This document shows, one piece after another, positions 32,766 to 41,196 of a stretch of 64,000 bases of DNA. The stretch's first letter is position 1. Each line of letters starts with the position of its first letter. Both the position numbers and the translations under genes were made by a program. This DNA is from Planctomycetota bacterium (lineage in GTDB: Bacteria; Planctomycetota; UBA1135; GCA-002686595), in the NCBI GenBank assembly GCA_040880665.1, contig JBBDIB010000061.1:24688-88687 (forward strand). Reading direction: 5' to 3'. The notes under the pieces are model-generated. The model did no database searches. It had not been told where the DNA came from and was given only the letters and a program-made list of their open reading frames with translations.

Positions 32766-34349
32766 ATGTTGGGAAGGATTTTCCACCTAGCTCAATTGTT
32801 CGCAGTGAATCGGTACGCATGTGTTGTGTGCGCCGGATTTGCCATATCGCAGCCATCGTGCGCCCAGCTTTTTCAGTTGCGCGAGCTCAACTTCGGAAAC
32901 CCTGGGCCGGTGTATATAGATGGTGAGCTGGGCCTCGTGTATAAAAAACCACACTATCATGAGGATATATCAACTCCATTAGACTCCTGGGTTGACGTTT
33001 TCCCTATGGATGATGTTAACGATGGGAAGGATGCGAGTGTGCCCATGGTGTATGGGCCAGGAGAACGCCCAATCCCCGTGTTCGTGGAGTTCTACGCGTT
33101 CAGCCCTGACCCTTTAGAGGTCTACCATGTCTTGGTCCGGGATTTGCAGCTCAACAATACTTTCGAGGGTGTCTTGGCTCCAGGACCCTGCGCGGGGCTA
33201 GTGGGCATCCCTGCTGTGTGCTATCGTGGCACGCTCACGGAATGTGAATACGTGCAAAATTTCCCTGAGGGTATCAAGTTCTACCCTAACTACGAGTTTG
33301 TTATCGAAGTGCATACGGGGGACCTGCAGCAAGATCCAAGCCCGTGCCCCGTCTATGACACTCCTGTAGCCAACACTGGAATGAGCACAAACAAAGTCTA
33401 TGTGCTAAGAACGGGAACAACAGCCGAGCAGCAGGTGCCGTGGGAGTCTGTTTGTGAGCTGTCATGCATTGCTGCGGATGATGATAACAAGCGTGATGAG
33501 ATCCTGTTCTCGCTCAAAGAATATTTCGAAACAGCACAGATCAATCGCAAGTCCCGAGATGGTCGATGGAAGCCTGATGGGTTGAGGCTTGGCTACTGGA
33601 CTGATGGTTACGAAAGCCAGTGGCTTGCTCGCATCTCTGATCCGAGTCAAGATGGGTTGTTGCAAACGGACACTGGTAGCGGGACTTGCGGAGCGTGGGC
33701 TTTCCTGTTTTTTGCATGCGCGAGGGTTCAGGGGCTTGCTTTGGAGCCCATCGATTTTAGCGCGCCTAGCGGGAATGGGGACATTTTTGGCGGTCTATTG
33801 ACATATCCGTATCCAGTACATGGTATTCCGGGGACTCATCCAGCCAACAGATTTTTTGTGGAAAATGTTGTGATTGGAAACACAACTCCCCCTGGAGATC
33901 CAAATCAGCCACATAACCCACCCTGGAACCTAGCCTTGTATGGCGGTCCGGGAATGCCCAACCCTCCAGGCTCAAACCCAAACGTCGGGCTAACATACGA
34001 TGACGGGATTGCTGGTCAAAACACTGCAAACCCCGAGAGGCAGATGTTTTCAAATCATTGCCAGGTATTTTTTAGCGCAAGAAATGCCGGAGCCGCGAAA
34101 ACGCTCGTGCTGCTAGATCCGTCATACCAAAAATCCGTTGTGGCCCAAACTCCCTCCTATGATCACTCTACGCAACTTGCCATTTTGTGGCAGATGCATC
34201 TCAGTTTTCAAAACGCTTGGATTCCGGCCTTGGCGTGGATCAATACGTCCGGGTCGAGTGATGCGAGCCTTGCCGCTTCTAGGGCCACGCTGGATCCATC
34301 GCACCCGCTGTGCTATGTTGGGTCTACGTTTCCAGCGGCGAATCAATAA
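32766..34349 (+). CDS. Exported protein with possible transglutaminase/papain-like Cys-His-Asp core
   Basis: 527 aa with a signal-like N-terminus. GSGTCGAWAFLFFACARVQGL resembles the transglutaminase-core GxCxxFAxLFxxLxRxxGI motif. Downstream, NHCQVFF and LVLLDPSY could supply the His and Asp. The Cys-to-His spacing is longer than in typical members. Confidence 0.45.
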   Translation: MLGRIFHLAQLFAVNRYACVVCAGFAISQPSCAQLFQLRELNFGNPGPVYIDGELGLVYKKPHYHEDISTPLDSWVDVFPMDDVNDGKDASVPMVYGPGERPIPVFVEFYAFSPDPLEVYHVLVRDLQLNNTFEGVLAPGPCAGLVGIPAVCYRGTLTECEYVQNFPEGIKFYPNYEFVIEVHTGDLQQDPSPCPVYDTPVANTGMSTNKVYVLRTGTTAEQQVPWESVCELSCIAADDDNKRDEILFSLKEYFETAQINRKSRDGRWKPDGLRLGYWTDGYESQWLARISDPSQDGLLQTDTGSGTCGAWAFLFFACARVQGLALEPIDFSAPSGNGDIFGGLLTYPYPVHGIPGTHPANRFFVENVVIGNTTPPGDPNQPHNPPWNLALYGGPGMPNPPGSNPNVGLTYDDGIAGQNTANPERQMFSNHCQVFFSARNAGAAKTLVLLDPSYQKSVVAQTPSYDHSTQLAILWQMHLSFQNAWIPALAWINTSGSSDASLAASRATLDPSHPLCYVGSTFPAANQ

Positions 34350-34358
34350 GGAGACGCC

Positions 34359-35456
34359 ATGATAAGGATAGCTTATGGGCTTTGTGGCTTCGCCTCCGTA
34401 CTTTTTTGCTTGCTCTCTCTCTATGCTGAGTCGAGATGTGCTTTGCCGCAGAACGAGCCCGCCACTGGCAAGGAAGCATTTGCCTGGGAGGGTGATCGTG
34501 CGCTAAGCATAAGGATCGTATCGGACGAGCTGGACGTTTGCTTAGGGCAGATGATAACGATCAATGGAGAGCCGCTCGGCTTGCGTCCATCTCAGCAGCT
34601 AAGCCAGGAACGTGATTGCGAATGGGGAGCTCGTCACTACCTTTCTTTGTCTTCGTGTTACAGCAGTCAAAGAGACGAAGCATTTGTGGCCACGCTCTCC
34701 GGCGAAGGCTTCATACGAGATATGGAAGTTGTCGCATTGGGGCATGACAGCGCCGGCGAATGGAGTGAACGGCGAAGGTGGGGGCTAGACACAATATTCA
34801 ATAGCGCTGGTATGCCGACTCAGCCGACAAGACTCCAGGTCCTAACGGATGAATACGGCAATCCAATGCTCTTGTATGCATGCTCAACGGCCTCAATTGG
34901 GCTGCTAGATCTGTCGGAGGAGGAAAATCGTGTAAGCCATGGGGTAGAAGGCTTTCCGCGTAGCACGAGGAGGGCCTTGTGGACAACGGAAAGTTACGGC
35001 CTAGGCGTTGCTTGCTCGACCGGAATGCATGGTCTAGCGATACTTTGCAATGCCCGTGATATCTTAAGTTTACACCTCTTGCTGGGCTCCCCTAGTCTCG
35101 GATGGAGAGAGGCGAGGCTTGCCGGCGCGAATATTGACAACTTGCCCGCCAATCAAGAATCCATGAGCGCGGATGACAGTCATGTGTACTGGGTCGGATC
35201 CCGGGGGGATGCCACCGTTCAAATCATGCGCGCATCTTTGAACGTTGAGGCCGGTATTCTGTTCGGCGAGCCTCATTATGATCATTCAGTCGTTCTCCAC
35301 GAGGTGGAGTCGCTGTCGCTAGCTGCGCCAGGCACACTGCCCTCAGACTACTGGTTGGCAAGTACTTCAAGCGGAGTCCAATTGCTGACGAGAGATGGTG
35401 GCGTAGATCTGCACCTTCCTGGGAATGATGATGCTTGGGAGGTGTTGAGCGACTGA
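34359..35456 (+). CDS. Exported hypothetical protein
   Basis: 365 aa with signal peptide MIRIAYGLCGFASVLFCLLSLYA. It begins 10 bp after the preceding ORF. No family recognised. Confidence 0.45.
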   Translation: MIRIAYGLCGFASVLFCLLSLYAESRCALPQNEPATGKEAFAWEGDRALSIRIVSDELDVCLGQMITINGEPLGLRPSQQLSQERDCEWGARHYLSLSSCYSSQRDEAFVATLSGEGFIRDMEVVALGHDSAGEWSERRRWGLDTIFNSAGMPTQPTRLQVLTDEYGNPMLLYACSTASIGLLDLSEEENRVSHGVEGFPRSTRRALWTTESYGLGVACSTGMHGLAILCNARDILSLHLLLGSPSLGWREARLAGANIDNLPANQESMSADDSHVYWVGSRGDATVQIMRASLNVEAGILFGEPHYDHSVVLHEVESLSLAAPGTLPSDYWLASTSSGVQLLTRDGGVDLHLPGNDDAWEVLSD

Positions 35457-35630
35457 GCGCTTGACACCCAGACCGCCGAGGTTTGGGCGTTGAGCCTGAG
35501 GCTCCCCCCAAGTTCGGTCCAGCAGTTCCTGCGATGACGCGAGGGCGTTCGCAGCGTTCGGGTCCTTGGTGCCTTCGAAGTCGTCTCTGACATGTTGGCT
35601 ACAGGCCGACTGCGTACCATCCAGGGTCGA

Positions 35631-36683
35631 ATGAACGCCGCTCGCCATGGAAGACGTCCCGCGCACGAGTTGCGCCATCTCTGGGTGCGGGCGCCCAACT
35701 GGGTCGGGGATCTCGTCATGGCGACGCCGGTGCTGGAGGCCTTGGTGGGGAGTTCGCGCTTCGAGCGCGTCTCGATCGGGCTGCGCTCGCACTTGGCGGG
35801 CGTCGTCGAGGGGTTGCCGTGGGCCGATCGCGTGGTGACGTTCAAGGGAGCGCGCGACGAGATGGCGGCGCTCGCGCGGGCGGCGCCGGATGGGGCGCTG
35901 TTGTTGACGAACTCGTTCTCGGCGGCGCTGCGGGTCTGGCGGGCGGGCGTGCCGCTGCGTGCGGGGACGGCGCTCGGTGGACGCGGCATGTTGCTGACGC
36001 ATCGGCTGGTGCCGCCCTCGCGAGAAGGGCGCCGGGTGCCGATTCCGACGGCGCACTTGCTGGCGGATCTCGCGGGCTTGGTGGGGGTGACGGTGCCGGA
36101 TCTGGCGCCGCGGCTCGCGGCGGACGCCGGTGTGCGTGCGCGCGCGCGAGCGGTGTTGGTGGAGCACGGCGCCGCCGCCGATGCGCGCTTCGTCCTGTGC
36201 GCTCCCGGCGCCGCCTTCGGCGCGGCGAAACTGTGGCCGCCGGAGCGCTTCGCCGCCGTGCTCGATCGACTCTTCGACGAACAGGGCTGGATCGGCGTCG
36301 TGACCGGCGCGCCCAGCGAAGGACCCCAGATCGCGGCCGTCGTCGATGCGTGTCGCCATCCGGTGGTCTCGTTGGCGAAGGCCGAGCGCGACCTCGCGCT
36401 GTTGCGCGGGCTCGTCAGCGAGTGCGAGCTGCTCGTCGTCGGCGATTCCGGACCGCGTTGGTTCGCGGCGGCGTTCGACGTGCCGTGCGTCAGCATCATG
36501 GGCCCGAACTTCCCCGAGCTGACCGCCACGTCGCTCGAGCGCGCGCGCATCGTGCGGCGCGACGATCTCGAGTGCTCGCCGTGCCTGCGGCGCGTCTGCC
36601 CGCTCGAGCATCACGCCTGCATGCGCGAGATCGGCGTCGACGAGGTCGTCGCCGCGGCGCTCGACGTCGTGGGGACCCGCTGA
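35631..36683 (+). CDS. Glycosyltransferase family 9 (LPS heptosyltransferase, WaaF/WaaC-like)
   Basis: N-terminus LWVRAPNWVGDLVMATPVLEAL is the typical GT9 start. The C-terminus has a GDSGPRWFAAAFDVPCVSIMGP motif. The ATG at 35631 is supported by the duplicated copy; the ATG at 35592 is also possible. Confidence 0.85.
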   Translation: MNAARHGRRPAHELRHLWVRAPNWVGDLVMATPVLEALVGSSRFERVSIGLRSHLAGVVEGLPWADRVVTFKGARDEMAALARAAPDGALLLTNSFSAALRVWRAGVPLRAGTALGGRGMLLTHRLVPPSREGRRVPIPTAHLLADLAGLVGVTVPDLAPRLAADAGVRARARAVLVEHGAAADARFVLCAPGAAFGAAKLWPPERFAAVLDRLFDEQGWIGVVTGAPSEGPQIAAVVDACRHPVVSLAKAERDLALLRGLVSECELLVVGDSGPRWFAAAFDVPCVSIMGPNFPELTATSLERARIVRRDDLECSPCLRRVCPLEHHACMREIGVDEVVAAALDVVGTR

Positions 36684-37708
36684 TGTTGGGTAGTGCGTTG
36701 CCGCGCGGCGCGCGCGTCGTCGTCTCACTGCCGCGTTGGATCGGCGACGCGCTCGAGGTCGAGCCGGCCGTCGCGGCGTTGGTCGAGCACGGCGCCGCGC
36801 TGACGCTCGACGCCGACGGCGGCGTGCGGCAGCTCTATCGAGCGCGCTTTCCCGAGCTGGCGTTCGGCGAACCCGACGGAGCGCGGCACGACGTCGCGGT
36901 GCTGTTCCGCGGCTCGTTCCGAAGCGCGTGGCGGGCCTGGCGCGCCGGCGTGCCGCGGCGCGCCGGGCTCGAGTCCGACGCGCGCGGCTGGCTCTTGACC
37001 GACGGCGCGCGGCCCGCGCTGGAACGCGGCGCCGTGCCGCTGGGCCTGGGACGCGCACGCGCTTGGCCGCGGCGCCTGCCGCGCTCGGTCGCCGCCGAAG
37101 CGGTCGAGCTCGTCGGCTGGCTCGGCGTCACGGTGCGTCGGCGCCGCCCGCGCTTCGAAGCGTCGCCCGCCGCGCGCGCGGCCGCGGAGGCCCACCGCGG
37201 CGCGACGCTCGTCAACCTGGGCTCGCGCGCGGGTTCGGCGAAGGGCTTCCCGCCGGAGTTCGCAGGCCGCCTCGTCGACGCGCTGGTCGCGCGCGGACAC
37301 CGCGTCGTCGCCGTGTGCGCGCCGCAAGAGCACGGCGTCGCCGCGGCCGCGCTGGCCCGAGCAACGACGCCGGTGCCGCTGGTCGAGCCCGACCTCGTCG
37401 GCCTCTTGGCGCTCTTCGAGGTCGCGCGGGTCGTCGTGACGCCGGACGGCGGCGCGCGTCACATGGCGGCGATCGCCGGCGCGCCGCGCGTCGTCGCGTT
37501 CGCGCCCACGGACCCGCGGCACTCGGTGCCCGCCGGCGGCGCGCTCGAGCGCGCGTTCACGGCTGACATCGCCTGCTCGCCCTGCCACGCCGAACGCTGT
37601 CCACTCGACGGCGCCGAGCACCTCGCCTGCTGGAGCACGCTCGACCCCGAGAACCTCGCCGATGCCGCCGATTCCCGCGCTAGCTTGCGGCCTTGTCCAC
37701 CCGCTTAG
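36683..37708 (+). CDS. Glycosyltransferase family 9 (second heptosyltransferase-like)
   Basis: The ATG at 36683 overlaps the previous stop (ATGA). VVVSLPRWIGDALEVEPAVAAL and VVTPDGGARHMAAIAGAPRVVAFAPTDP match GT9 N- and C-terminal motifs. Confidence 0.75.
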   Translation: MLGSALPRGARVVVSLPRWIGDALEVEPAVAALVEHGAALTLDADGGVRQLYRARFPELAFGEPDGARHDVAVLFRGSFRSAWRAWRAGVPRRAGLESDARGWLLTDGARPALERGAVPLGLGRARAWPRRLPRSVAAEAVELVGWLGVTVRRRRPRFEASPAARAAAEAHRGATLVNLGSRAGSAKGFPPEFAGRLVDALVARGHRVVAVCAPQEHGVAAAALARATTPVPLVEPDLVGLLALFEVARVVVTPDGGARHMAAIAGAPRVVAFAPTDPRHSVPAGGALERAFTADIACSPCHAERCPLDGAEHLACWSTLDPENLADAADSRASLRPCPPA

Positions 37709-38478
37709 AGGCGGTCCAGCGTGAAACCGGCTGCCTCCAACTCCATTTCTCTTCGTGCCTGGATGGCGCTCCGAGCCTCCATGAGCGAGTCGTAGCGAGC
37801 ATCGATGCCTGGCGCCAATGAATAGTCGAGCTTATAGCCTTCGAAATATAAGAGCGTGAAGGGAATCGAAGGCAGGTCAGTGGCCTCGTCCGGGTGCCTG
37901 GGGCGGTAGCGTTCCTGCTCCACGATCTTTTGTCTGACGACGAGCGAAGCGTCGACCAGCTCTTCCAGGATGGCATCAAGCTCTTCCGTGTAGGCGGAAT
38001 CGATGGCTTGGAGCTTGGAGAAGTCGTCGGGATGCGCAGCGTCAATCACTGCGGGGAAGGCTAAGTCCTTCCTGCATAAGTCGAAGTACTCCTGGTACGA
38101 GGCACACATGCCCGTGCCGATACACCAATCGAAGTAGGGCTTGACGAGGTCCCAACTCGGACGTTCTCCGGAAAAGTGCAGGCGCTTCTCCAAAGGAAAG
38201 TCAGGTGGCCTCACGAACATCCCTGCCCAGGGAGCAGGGTCCGCACTTGGGTCTGTTTCGCCTGCTGCCAACTCGCCTTCCGGCGCGAGGTCGGCGAGCT
38301 CCGTCCGCTCGACCCGCGTGGTTGGCAACGACAGGTCACCCTTGGCTTCAGGCTCTTCTTTACGACCAACGATTCGATCCTCCGCACGCCACGCTTCACG
38401 CTCGTGTGAAACCAGGATGTACGCCAGAACGGCCAACGCAGCCGACGACACCGCGATCAGAACGTCTCTCTTTGCCAC
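37705..38478 (-). CDS. Membrane-anchored hypothetical protein
   Basis: 257 aa with an N-terminal TM helix (VLIAVSSAALAVLAYILV) and an acidic linker. No family recognised. Lower-GC codon usage. Confidence 0.45.
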   Translation of the reverse strand: MAKRDVLIAVSSAALAVLAYILVSHEREAWRAEDRIVGRKEEPEAKGDLSLPTTRVERTELADLAPEGELAAGETDPSADPAPWAGMFVRPPDFPLEKRLHFSGERPSWDLVKPYFDWCIGTGMCASYQEYFDLCRKDLAFPAVIDAAHPDDFSKLQAIDSAYTEELDAILEELVDASLVVRQKIVEQERYRPRHPDEATDLPSIPFTLLYFEGYKLDYSLAPGIDARYDSLMEARSAIQARREMELEAAGFTLDRL

Positions 38479-38579
38479 ATGACCTCCCTTGACTGGAAAA
38501 CGTGTAAGTTAGTGGTTGCAGCTCAGTAATTCTCTCGCGGCTTGATCTGAATGAAGTGCAAGATCACTTCAGAGTCGCG

Positions 38580-39104
38580 TTAGTCTGCGCAAACCCCACA
38601 TTGGAGACGTATGGATACGCAGTCGCCAGAAGGCGCAATAAGGGCAAGCGTAGAGGCTGCGTCGCATGCCACGCCCAACTTAAGCTCTATAGGCTGATCG
38701 CTAGCTGCCAAAGCCTCAAGAGTTACCCCACCGTTACCGTGTTGAAGGTGTAGGATGGCAGCCCAGTGGCACCCAAACTGTTGATATGCTATGCTAATAT
38801 CAAACTTGCAGGGAACGCACTGAATGCAATCGTATGATAGTTCATGAACGGGAACCCAATTACATATACCACCTGCCATTCCCTGGGCCGTGATGGAAAT
38901 GACCGGAGATGCACAACCGGGCCCGTGTGCGGCCGCATAGGCTGCTGCGGCCTCGCACCCGCTCCCCGCACCAGTACCCGGGTCTGAGACGCTTGAGAGA
39001 CAGCTTCCACAGATGTCTACGCATTGTGCGTAAGGCGTCCTTGCGGTTACCAAGCCCATGATGGTGGCGGCCATCAGCAATGCGAGGAAATTCTTCATGT
39101 TCAT
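38580..39104 (-). CDS. Secreted cysteine-rich protein (14 Cys)
   Basis: 174 aa with signal peptide MNMKNFLALLMAATIMGLVTA. The mature part has clustered cysteines (QCVDICGSC, YDCIQCVPC, LQCGVCAD). No family recognised. Confidence 0.5.
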   Translation of the reverse strand: MNMKNFLALLMAATIMGLVTARTPYAQCVDICGSCLSSVSDPGTGAGSGCEAAAAYAAAHGPGCASPVISITAQGMAGGICNWVPVHELSYDCIQCVPCKFDISIAYQQFGCHWAAILHLQHGNGGVTLEALAASDQPIELKLGVACDAASTLALIAPSGDCVSIRLQCGVCAD

Positions 39105-39170
39105 GTTCAGCTTGTGGCGGCAGGATGGAATCGAGCAACTACGGCTCGGCTCCGGGGGGCGATTCTAGCA

Positions 39171-39229
39171 TCCAGGCCCAGATCCAGGCCCAGATCCAGG
39201 CCCAGATCCAGGCCCAGATCCAGGCCCAT
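39171..39229. repeat. 12-bp tandem repeat (tccaggcccaga), 4 perfect copies plus one 11/12 copy
   Basis: Read directly from the sequence. It lies 67-125 bp upstream of the Cys-rich protein start (minus strand). It is immediately followed on that strand by a TAGAAT hexamer (complement of attcta at 39162..39167). Confidence 0.9.
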
Positions 39230-39364
39230 CAGCCGTAAGGTGGCCTCGGACCGTAGGTTACGGACGTGTCGATTCTCAAGTTTGCAGGTTGCCCACCGTG
39301 CTGCGGCTGCCGCGCATGCTTCGACTCCTTGCTTCCAGGTGCCGGCCACTGGCCGCGCTCAGGC

Positions 39365-40135
39365 CTACAGGCGCTCGATCGACGTTCGGTACTTGTCCGT
39401 TCGAGCCGCGTCGAGCTCGAAGGTGACGAGCTTGCCGCTCGGGACGTTGGATGCATCGACGAGCAAGCTGCCGGCGCCATCCTCGATCGTGACCACGGCT
39501 TGGCCCCAGGCGCCGTCGAGCTTGACACCGCCGCCTTCGGACTTCGCTTCGACGACGACCTCGCCGTTGTAGCTCGTGTCGAGCGCGCCCGTGACGTCGA
39601 CCACTTGGACGGCGACTTCGGCCGCGTACGGAGGAAGGTGTGTCAGGTTGCCGGGGTCGATGACGGCCGTGTTGAAGGCAGTGGGGGCAAGAAGGGTGAC
39701 GTATTCCTTGCCGTAGGTCATGTCGTAGCAAGCCGTCAGCGTGTTGCTGCACTTGCCCTCGAGCGCCGACTGTTTGAACTGAATCGTGAAGGAAGCGCCC
39801 TGCGCCGCACCCGCGAAGTCGGTAGGCAAGAGCTGCTGGTCTTCGCCTGCGCAAACGACTGTGATGGAATCGAGGGTGCCGCCTACGCGAGGAGCGAGCG
39901 GGGGATCGATCTTGCCCTGGTACGAGACGGACGGAACCGTGCCGCCGGAGGGGAAGGGCGTGGTTCCCAACGTGCCTCCGCTCGTCACCTTCCACGTACT
40001 CGTCGATGTGGCGGGCATGCCGGCCGTCGCGCTCGGCACGACGGCGAGTGCGGTCAGCACGACGGCGAGTGCGGTCAGCACGACGGAGGCCGTCGCGATG
40101 GCGACGGCAACGAACGGGACAGTGAAAAGTCGCAT
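39365..40135 (-). CDS. Secreted hypothetical protein
   Basis: 256 aa from the ATG at 40135 (MRLFTVPFVAVAIATASVV). High-GC codon usage. The signal region contains a 21-bp tandem duplication (40041..40082) encoding VVLTALA twice. The rest of ORF 39365..41086 is antisense to the crotonase gene. Confidence 0.55.
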   Translation of the reverse strand: MRLFTVPFVAVAIATASVVLTALAVVLTALAVVPSATAGMPATSTSTWKVTSGGTLGTTPFPSGGTVPSVSYQGKIDPPLAPRVGGTLDSITVVCAGEDQQLLPTDFAGAAQGASFTIQFKQSALEGKCSNTLTACYDMTYGKEYVTLLAPTAFNTAVIDPGNLTHLPPYAAEVAVQVVDVTGALDTSYNGEVVVEAKSEGGGVKLDGAWGQAVVTIEDGAGSLLVDASNVPSGKLVTFELDAARTDKYRTSIERL

Positions 40136-40366
40136 GAAAGTGTCTCCTCTTACAGGCTCTGCGTCTTCGAATTGCGGATGTCCACCGCGGTGCGTTCGTC
40201 CGCGGTGAAGGATGGAGGCTACCAGGTCGAACCGAGATCTGGGAAAGCGTTGGTTCGAGGCGGAGTTTCGAGCTCGCCCCCGTGGCGCCGGGTGCTTGCC
40301 CGCGCGTGACGGTTCGCCGGCCGAACGGTCGCAACCCTTCCGCTCGGCGGTAGCATCCCGGGCCTC

Positions 40367-41185
40367 ATGAGCATCGCCAACGACTTCCCCGCCGACGTCC
40401 CCGACCAGCCTGAACTCGTCACCTTCGAGCGCGAAGGAGATCTGGGGTGGATCACGCTGCAACGACCGGAGGTGATGAACTGCCTCTCGTTCCCGACGCT
40501 GCGGCGCTTTCGCACGCTCTTGGAGGAGCTGCGCGAGGACCTCTCGTTGCGCGCGCTCCTGATCACCGGAGCGGGGGAGAAGGCGTTCTGCGCGGGCGCC
40601 GATCTGAAGGAGCGGCGGACGATGCCCGACGAGCGAGTGCCCGAGTTCGTGCGTCACATCCGCGGGTTGATGGACGACGTCGAAGCCATGCCGCAGCCGA
40701 CGATCGCCGTGATCAACGGCTTCGCGTTCGGCGGGGGGACCGAGCTGGCGCTGGCGTCGGACCTGCGCATCGTCGCCGAGCACGTGACGCTGGGCTTGAC
40801 CGAGGTGACGCTGGCGATCATTCCCGGCGCCGGTGGCACGCAGCGCTTGCCGCGGCTGATCGGGAAGTCGCGCGCGAAGGACTTGATCCTGACCGGGCGG
40901 CGCGTGGGCGCGGCCGAAGCCGAGGCGATCGGTCTCGCGAACCGCGTCGCGCCGGCCGCCGAGCTGCGCGCACGGGCGGCGGAACTCGGCGGCACGATCG
41001 CGGCCAACGGGCCGATCGCCGTGCGCGCCGCGAAGGACGCGATCGACCGGGGCGTCGAGCTGCCCATGGAAGCGGCGCTCGAGCACGAGGCTCGCTGCTA
41101 CCAGCGCGTGCTCGGCACCAGCGATCGCCTGGAGGCGCTCAAGGCCTTCGCCGAGAAGCGCAAGCCCGCGTTCCAGGGCGAGTAG
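40367..41185 (+). CDS. Enoyl-CoA hydratase/isomerase (crotonase) family protein
   Basis: 272 aa with FCAGADLKER and NGFAFGGGTELALASD oxyanion-hole motifs. Confidence 0.9.
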   Translation: MSIANDFPADVPDQPELVTFEREGDLGWITLQRPEVMNCLSFPTLRRFRTLLEELREDLSLRALLITGAGEKAFCAGADLKERRTMPDERVPEFVRHIRGLMDDVEAMPQPTIAVINGFAFGGGTELALASDLRIVAEHVTLGLTEVTLAIIPGAGGTQRLPRLIGKSRAKDLILTGRRVGAAEAEAIGLANRVAPAAELRARAAELGGTIAANGPIAVRAAKDAIDRGVELPMEAALEHEARCYQRVLGTSDRLEALKAFAEKRKPAFQGE

Positions 41186-41196
41186 CCCGCGGCCTC

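Larger units (their letters stand above)
32546..35596. other. Low-GC islet B (exported-protein cargo, no mobility genes)
   Basis: G+C is markedly lower; individual 60-nt lines count 37-58% GC. Bracketed by the duplicated GT9 5-prime segments. Contains two co-oriented ORFs, both with signal-like N-termini. Confidence 0.6.
37705..39260. other. Low-GC islet C (exported-protein cargo, no mobility genes)
   Basis: GC drops exactly at the GT9-2 stop codon; the convergent ORF stop overlaps it within cttag at 37704..37708. Two minus-strand ORFs with a signal or anchor. The right side ends with a 12-bp tandem repeat. Confidence 0.5.

Noticed and set aside
39107-39572. ORFs reading through the 12-bp tandem array (SRPRSRPRSRPR on the plus strand, GLDLGLDLGLDL on the minus strand), and the possibility of a CRISPR array
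   Set aside because: The repeats are contiguous with no spacers and are only 12 bp, so this is not a CRISPR array. The repeat-encoded peptides have no start context or flanking protein-like sequence.
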